This document shows, piece after piece, positions 15,358 to 19,427 of a stretch of DNA of 19,427 nt. Every line of letters begins with the position of its first letter. Within the stretch, counting starts at the first letter, position 1. Under the pieces are notes generated by a model, which ran no database searches, was not told the DNA's origin, and saw only the letters and a program-made list of their open reading frames with translations. The position numbers and the translations under genes were made by a program. This DNA comes from Candidatus Methylomirabilia bacterium. GTDB lineage: Bacteria > Methylomirabilota > Methylomirabilia > Rokubacteriales > CSP1-6. Where the stretch lies: NCBI GenBank assembly GCA_046758965.1, contig JBHIBG010000048.1, positions 1 to 19,427 of the forward strand, written 5' to 3'.

Positions 15358-17814
15358 CTACTGGAGGACTCCCTCCGCGTTCAAGCGCTCGACTTCGGCC
15401 CGCGTCATCCCGAGGAGCCCCATCAGGACCTCGACGGTGTGCTCGCCCAGGCACGGGGCACGCTGGAGGCTCACGCGGGTACTCGCGAAGCGAAACGCCC
15501 ACGCCTCGTAAGGTGAGCGCCCCATCTCAGGGTGCTCGAGCCAGACGAAGGCTTCGCGCGCCCTGAGCTGAGGGTCACGATAGAGGTCGGCGCAGGATTG
15601 GACCACGCCCGAGGGAACGCCCGCGGTTTGAAGCTCTCTCACGAGGGTATGCCGCTCCTGGGTGACGGTCCACTGGCCGATCAACCGATCCAGCTCGGCC
15701 TCGTGCTGCTTCCGCGCCCCGGCGGTAACGAACTCAGAGCGACGGCACCACTCGGGCTCCCCCATCACGCGGCAGAGCGCCTGCCACTGGCCCTCCGTCT
15801 CGCAGGCGATCACGCACCAGCGATCCTCTCCGGCGCAGGGGTAGGCGTTGTGGGGGGCAGCCCGCTCGTCGGCGTTGCCCCGACGGTTGGCCACCCGCCC
15901 GTTTACCGTGTAGTCGAGAATCTCCGGAGCCAGGAAGTGGAGCCCCGCCTCGAGCTGGGAGAGGTCGATCTGCTGGCCCTGACCCGTTCGCCTCCGATGA
16001 TCGAGCGCGGCAAGGAGCGCCGCGGAGGCGAAGTGAGGGGCCACGAAGTCGGTGTAGGCGCCGTAGATCGCCGGGGGATCACGATCAGGCCAGCCGGTGA
16101 CGGCGTTGAAGCCAGCCGCCGCTGCGGCCAGCGAGCCGTAGCCGGCATAGCGAGCGCGGGGGCCGGTCTGGCCCTGCTGGCAGGAGGAGAGATAGATGAG
16201 GTCTGGCTTGATCGCGCTGAGCGCCCGGTAGTCGAGTCCCCATCCGGCCATCGTGCCAGGGGTAAAGGACTCGATCACGACATCGGCCCCCACGATCAGC
16301 TCCCGGGCAAGTGTTCGAGCTTTGGAGTGGCCGAGGTTCAGCGCGACCGAGCGCTTGGCCGCGTTGTAGTTGGCAAAGAGCTGGCTCCGGTCAGGGCCCG
16401 ACTTCCCCTCGGCCCACGGCGGGATGGTCCGGCCCGGATCCATCCTCAGCGCGGACTCCACGCGGATCACGTCAGCGCCGAACTCGGCCAGGAGCCGGCC
16501 GGTGATCGGGGTCGCGGCGAGCCAGGAGAAGTCAATAACGCGGAGGCCCTCGAACGGTAGGCCTTGGCCGTGGCGGGTCGGCCGATCGTGCTCAGCGGCT
16601 TTCCACTCGTCCAGAATCTCTCGAGTGTGCTCTCCGAGGCCCGGGGCCGGGCGTCGAAGGCGGATCGGGGTGGCGGAGAGGCGGGCGAACGGACCGGGGT
16701 GGCGGACCTCACGGCCCAGGCGCGGCTCGAGGAGCGGGAGAAAGAACCCGCGGGCGAGAAGCTGAGCGTCATTCAGCAAGTCTCTCACGTCGGCCACCGG
16801 CGCCAGCAGGAGCCCCCGGGCCAGGGCTTCCTCGTACAGCGCGGCCTTTGTCTTCCCCTCGACGAACGCCGCCACGGCGTCGGTCACCGCGTCGATCTCG
16901 GTCTGCCCGTGGATGCCCGCGGCCAGGAGGTAGCTGGCATCCCACCTCTTCCAGTCGCGCCCGCGCATGAACTCGGGCGCCATCCCCTCCTCCGCCATCC
17001 AGGCTGCCAGGGCCTCCGTCATTCGCCCGCCTATGGCCCCGCCGGTGATGATCAGGACCACGAAGCCGTCCTGGCACGGGAAGATCATCCTGCGACGGAA
17101 GCCCGCGTAGCGGGTCGCACCGCCGTCCCTGAACGGATCATAGCCGTGGAGGACCGGGAACGCGCTCTCGCTCATCATGGTCCACATCATCGCCACCTGC
17201 GCGGAGACCTCCACCGACTGCCCTCGCCCGGTGCGCTCGCGCCAGAGGTGGGCGACCAGCGTCCCCACCGCCGCCTGGCCCGCTGCGTGGAGGGCGGCCT
17301 GGGGCCGGCCGATTCGGACCGGCGGGCGATCGGGATCACCGATCTGGTACATCATGCCGCTCATGGCTTGGAGGACGAGGTCCGATCCCAGGAACTCTCG
17401 ATGAGGTCCATCCTCCCCAAAGGGGGTGATCGAGGTCAGGATCAGGCGGGGATTCTCGCGATGAAGAACGGACCAGCCCAGGTTGAGCTCGTCGAGGTAG
17501 CTCGGCGGAAACGATTCGAGGAGGAAATCGGAGGCTCGGGCAAGGTCCAGGAGCTGGGCGCGGCCAGCAGCAGTCGTGAAGTCCAGGATGAGGCTCCGGC
17601 AGTTGGCAGCATAGGCCCACCAGTGAAGGCTCCGCTCCAGATCATCTGGGCCCTCGGCGTAGGGCGCCACCCGACGGGCCGGGCTCCCCTCCGGGGGCTC
17701 CACCTTGACGACATCGGCGCCGAGGTCAGCGAGAATCTTCCCGCAGAGCGAGCCCTGGTCGTCAGTGAGGTCGAGGACACGATAGGGCGCCAGCGGCCCG
17801 GCGGAGGCCTGCAT
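15358..17814 (-). CDS. Fused two-domain family III CoA-transferase (BbsE/BbsF-like fusion; 818 aa)
   Basis: Two tandem CaiB units (LAPYRVLDL..LGADVVKVEPP..APGLGEHT and FEGLRVIDF..FGADVIRVES..APCLGEHT); catalytic Asp only in the second unit (YGAYTDF). Confidence 0.92.
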   Translation of the reverse strand: MQASAGPLAPYRVLDLTDDQGSLCGKILADLGADVVKVEPPEGSPARRVAPYAEGPDDLERSLHWWAYAANCRSLILDFTTAAGRAQLLDLARASDFLLESFPPSYLDELNLGWSVLHRENPRLILTSITPFGEDGPHREFLGSDLVLQAMSGMMYQIGDPDRPPVRIGRPQAALHAAGQAAVGTLVAHLWRERTGRGQSVEVSAQVAMMWTMMSESAFPVLHGYDPFRDGGATRYAGFRRRMIFPCQDGFVVLIITGGAIGGRMTEALAAWMAEEGMAPEFMRGRDWKRWDASYLLAAGIHGQTEIDAVTDAVAAFVEGKTKAALYEEALARGLLLAPVADVRDLLNDAQLLARGFFLPLLEPRLGREVRHPGPFARLSATPIRLRRPAPGLGEHTREILDEWKAAEHDRPTRHGQGLPFEGLRVIDFSWLAATPITGRLLAEFGADVIRVESALRMDPGRTIPPWAEGKSGPDRSQLFANYNAAKRSVALNLGHSKARTLARELIVGADVVIESFTPGTMAGWGLDYRALSAIKPDLIYLSSCQQGQTGPRARYAGYGSLAAAAAGFNAVTGWPDRDPPAIYGAYTDFVAPHFASAALLAALDHRRRTGQGQQIDLSQLEAGLHFLAPEILDYTVNGRVANRRGNADERAAPHNAYPCAGEDRWCVIACETEGQWQALCRVMGEPEWCRRSEFVTAGARKQHEAELDRLIGQWTVTQERHTLVRELQTAGVPSGVVQSCADLYRDPQLRAREAFVWLEHPEMGRSPYEAWAFRFASTRVSLQRAPCLGEHTVEVLMGLLGMTRAEVERLNAEGVLQ

Positions 17815-17831
17815 CGCGAGGCGGCGACCCC

Positions 17832-18593
17832 TCAGCCGACCGACTGGCCGCCGTCCAGGAAGATCGTCTGCCCCGTCATAAAGGCTGAGGCAGAGGAGGC
17901 CAGATAAACCGCGAGCGGCCCGATCTCCTCAGGCCGGCCGGTTCGGCGCATCGGCACGTCTCTCAGAAGCCGCTCGCGGATCTTGGGATCGCCGAAGGCG
18001 TCTTCGTTCATCGGGGTGACAAACCACCCGGGAGCCAGCGCATTCACCTGGATGTTATGCCGCGCCCACTCCACGGCCAGGGCGCGCGTCAGCGAGATGA
18101 TCCCGCCCTTGGACGCGGCATAGGCGGTGTAGCCGGGAAGCCCGGCCACGGCGAGCACGGAGGCCACGTTGATGACCTTTCCTGACTGCTGAGCAATCAG
18201 ATGAGGGGCCGCAGCCCGGCAGCCGTTGAAGACCCCGGTCAGGTTGGTGTCGATAATCCGCTGCCAGTCGACAGGGTCCATTTCAGCCAGCGGGATCACG
18301 TGGGCGAGGCCGGAGCAGTTGACGATGATGTGGAAGCGCCCAAGATTCTGGACAGTCTGGGTGACCAACGCCTCCACGGCGCTGAACACGCTCACATCCG
18401 TGGGTATCACCAGGGCCCGCCAGCCTTCGGCCTCGACTTGGTGGGCTGTCTCCTCCAAGTCAGCCTTGGAGCGAGCCGCCAGGGCCACGACGGCTCCGGC
18501 CTCTGCCAAGGCCAAGGCTATGGCGCGCCCCAAACCCCGGGAGGCCCCGGTGACGATCGCGACCTTGTTGTCCAGCCTCAGGGAATCGAGCAT
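17832..18593 (-). CDS. Short-chain dehydrogenase/reductase (FabG/KduD-like; 253 aa)
   Basis: TGASRGLG, INVAS, YAASK, VNALAPG and MTGQTIFLDGG. Confidence 0.93.
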   Translation of the reverse strand: MLDSLRLDNKVAIVTGASRGLGRAIALALAEAGAVVALAARSKADLEETAHQVEAEGWRALVIPTDVSVFSAVEALVTQTVQNLGRFHIIVNCSGLAHVIPLAEMDPVDWQRIIDTNLTGVFNGCRAAAPHLIAQQSGKVINVASVLAVAGLPGYTAYAASKGGIISLTRALAVEWARHNIQVNALAPGWFVTPMNEDAFGDPKIRERLLRDVPMRRTGRPEEIGPLAVYLASSASAFMTGQTIFLDGGQSVG

Positions 18594-18634
18594 TGTCCTG
18601 AGTCAGAAAGCCGATCGCTCGCTCGTCAGGCAGT

Positions 18635-18757
18635 TCACCGGTCCACCTCTTTTCGATGCCCCACCTTTACGACACACACTAGCAGGTCGTTGTCCTCGAC
18701 GGACTAGACAATGCGATAGTGACCCTCGCGGACACGATACCTGTCACCGCGTAATCT
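18635..18757 (-). pseudogene. C-terminal relic of a RelE/StbE-family toxin
   Basis: Manual translation gives RLRGDRYRVREGHYRIV*SVEDNDLLVCVVKVGHRKEVDR*, matching the RelE pattern YRxRxGxYRIVY...VxVVKVGHRxEVY; in-frame TAG at 18706-18704; no start or N-terminal half seen. Confidence 0.8.
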
Positions 18758-18807
18758 GCTGATCCGGCATTGCCGTGACTGGCACGCAGGCAAAAAGGAA
18801 AAAACCC

Positions 18808-18823
18808 TGGACCGACTGGTCTA
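18808..18823. promoter_or_regulatory. Putative TetR-family (NemR-like) operator TGGACC-gact-GGTCTA
   Basis: One mismatch from the palindrome TAGACC-N4-GGTCTA; lies in an AT-rich intergenic stretch upstream of the SDR run. Confidence 0.45.
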
Positions 18824-18843
18824 CCTATTGACAAACGGAGGCC

Positions 18844-19086
18844 TTATAAGTGTTTGGTTGCCAGGGCCAACTTTCTGTGGAGGGCCCTCGGAACATCTAA
18901 CGGGGCAAAGAGCTTCTCGGGAAACAGGTAGTCCGCGCCCGATTCATCGACGACCCGCAGGAGCCCCCGCCGCTCGCTCTCTGCATCCGCCACGACGCGG
19001 TAGATGCGGCGCACCACGAGCGAGGCCCTGTAGCCTTCGTTGCTGAGGCACACTACGTAGTCGCTTGCGGCCCTACGGCGCCTCAT
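18844..19086 (-). CDS. Small conserved hypothetical protein (80 aa), downstream partner of a two-gene module
   Basis: Pattern VCLSNEGY.ASL..RRIY...D......LLRVVDESG.DYLFP..LF, which I recognise from small hypothetical proteins; ATG lies 6 nt after the restored upstream stop. Confidence 0.75.
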   Translation of the reverse strand: MRRRRAASDYVVCLSNEGYRASLVVRRIYRVVADAESERRGLLRVVDESGADYLFPEKLFAPLDVPRALHRKLALATKHL

Positions 19087-19092
19087 AGCGCT

Positions 19093-19328
19093 TCACCCAC
19101 CCACCAACCTCTTGACCTTAAACTCCTTCCTGCCGATCCCGTGAGCTTCATACCAGTGTACCTCTGCCCTGCAAACCGTGCCATCGGGAAGTCGGACTGT
19201 CGCAAGACCCTTGCGCTTGCGCCACCGAGCCGGGCCGTAGCCTTCCTGAGCCGCTCCAGCTCCCGGATGCTTCGGCCAACCGCGATGGTCTCCGGCTGTG
19301 AGATCTTGCCGAGGATCTCGATGTCCAC
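19093..19328 (-). pseudogene. Small basic conserved hypothetical protein (78 aa when restored) with a 1-nt deletion at about 19240
   Basis: Strong SD GGAGGAGAGG before GTG. MDIEILGKISQPETIAVGRSIRELERLRK(A) continues in another frame as YGPARWRKRKGLATVRLPDGTVCRAEVHWYEAHGIGRKEFKVKRLVGG*. Confidence 0.75.
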
Positions 19329-19427
19329 ACCTCTCCTCCCAGCATAGACAGGCGTCCGATTCCTATTGGCAACCTAGACATTATGACTGCCGATCGAAAA
19401 GGCTGACCTCCGTCTCACGACGCGGGT

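Noticed and set aside
16564..17907. 447-aa plus-strand ORF (and similar ORFs such as 15532..16560 and 13382..14329)
   Set aside because: Antisense shadows of well-supported minus-strand genes.
18828..18850. Plus-strand promoter TTGACA...TATAAG
   Set aside because: The spacer is only 11 nt and there is no credible plus-strand gene downstream.
19083..19239. C-terminal half of the 81-aa ORF 19083..19328 as given in the ORF track
   Set aside because: Out-of-frame product of the 1-nt deletion; the protein-like continuation is in the frame ending at 19093.
18824..19374. Imperfect direct repeat CCTATTG(A/G)CAA(A/C)C (18824-18836 and 19362-19374) flanking the small-gene pair
   Set aside because: An 11/13 match is within chance expectation, and no integrase or transposase supports an att/TSD role.

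Overview
GC-rich bacterial chromosomal window with about 19 genes and no tRNA, rRNA, CRISPR array or intact mobile element. Gene content and a palindromic intergenic element suggest a Rokubacteria/Methylomirabilota-like organism (inference only). Left to right: (i) a minus-strand oligopeptide ABC cluster oppA-oppB-oppC with no adjacent ATPase; (ii) a CDGSH Fe-S protein divergent from a plus-strand run of RACo-type corrinoid activator, double-hotdog MaoC-like protein, URO-D/MtaA-like protein, SAM methyltransferase, EamA transporter and queF; (iii) a minus-strand run of SDR, fused double family-III CoA-transferase, Zn-alcohol dehydrogenase, O-methyltransferase, frameshifted alpha/beta hydrolase, EamA and a single family-III CoA-transferase; (iv) a decayed end region with a RelE toxin relic missed by the ORF track, a NemR-like TetR operator and a small two-gene module with a frameshift. 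The standout observation is that the OppA lipoprotein is circularly permuted. The canonical C-terminal third follows the lipobox and is fused in frame to the canonical N-terminal two-thirds, with the peptide-binding motifs intact.
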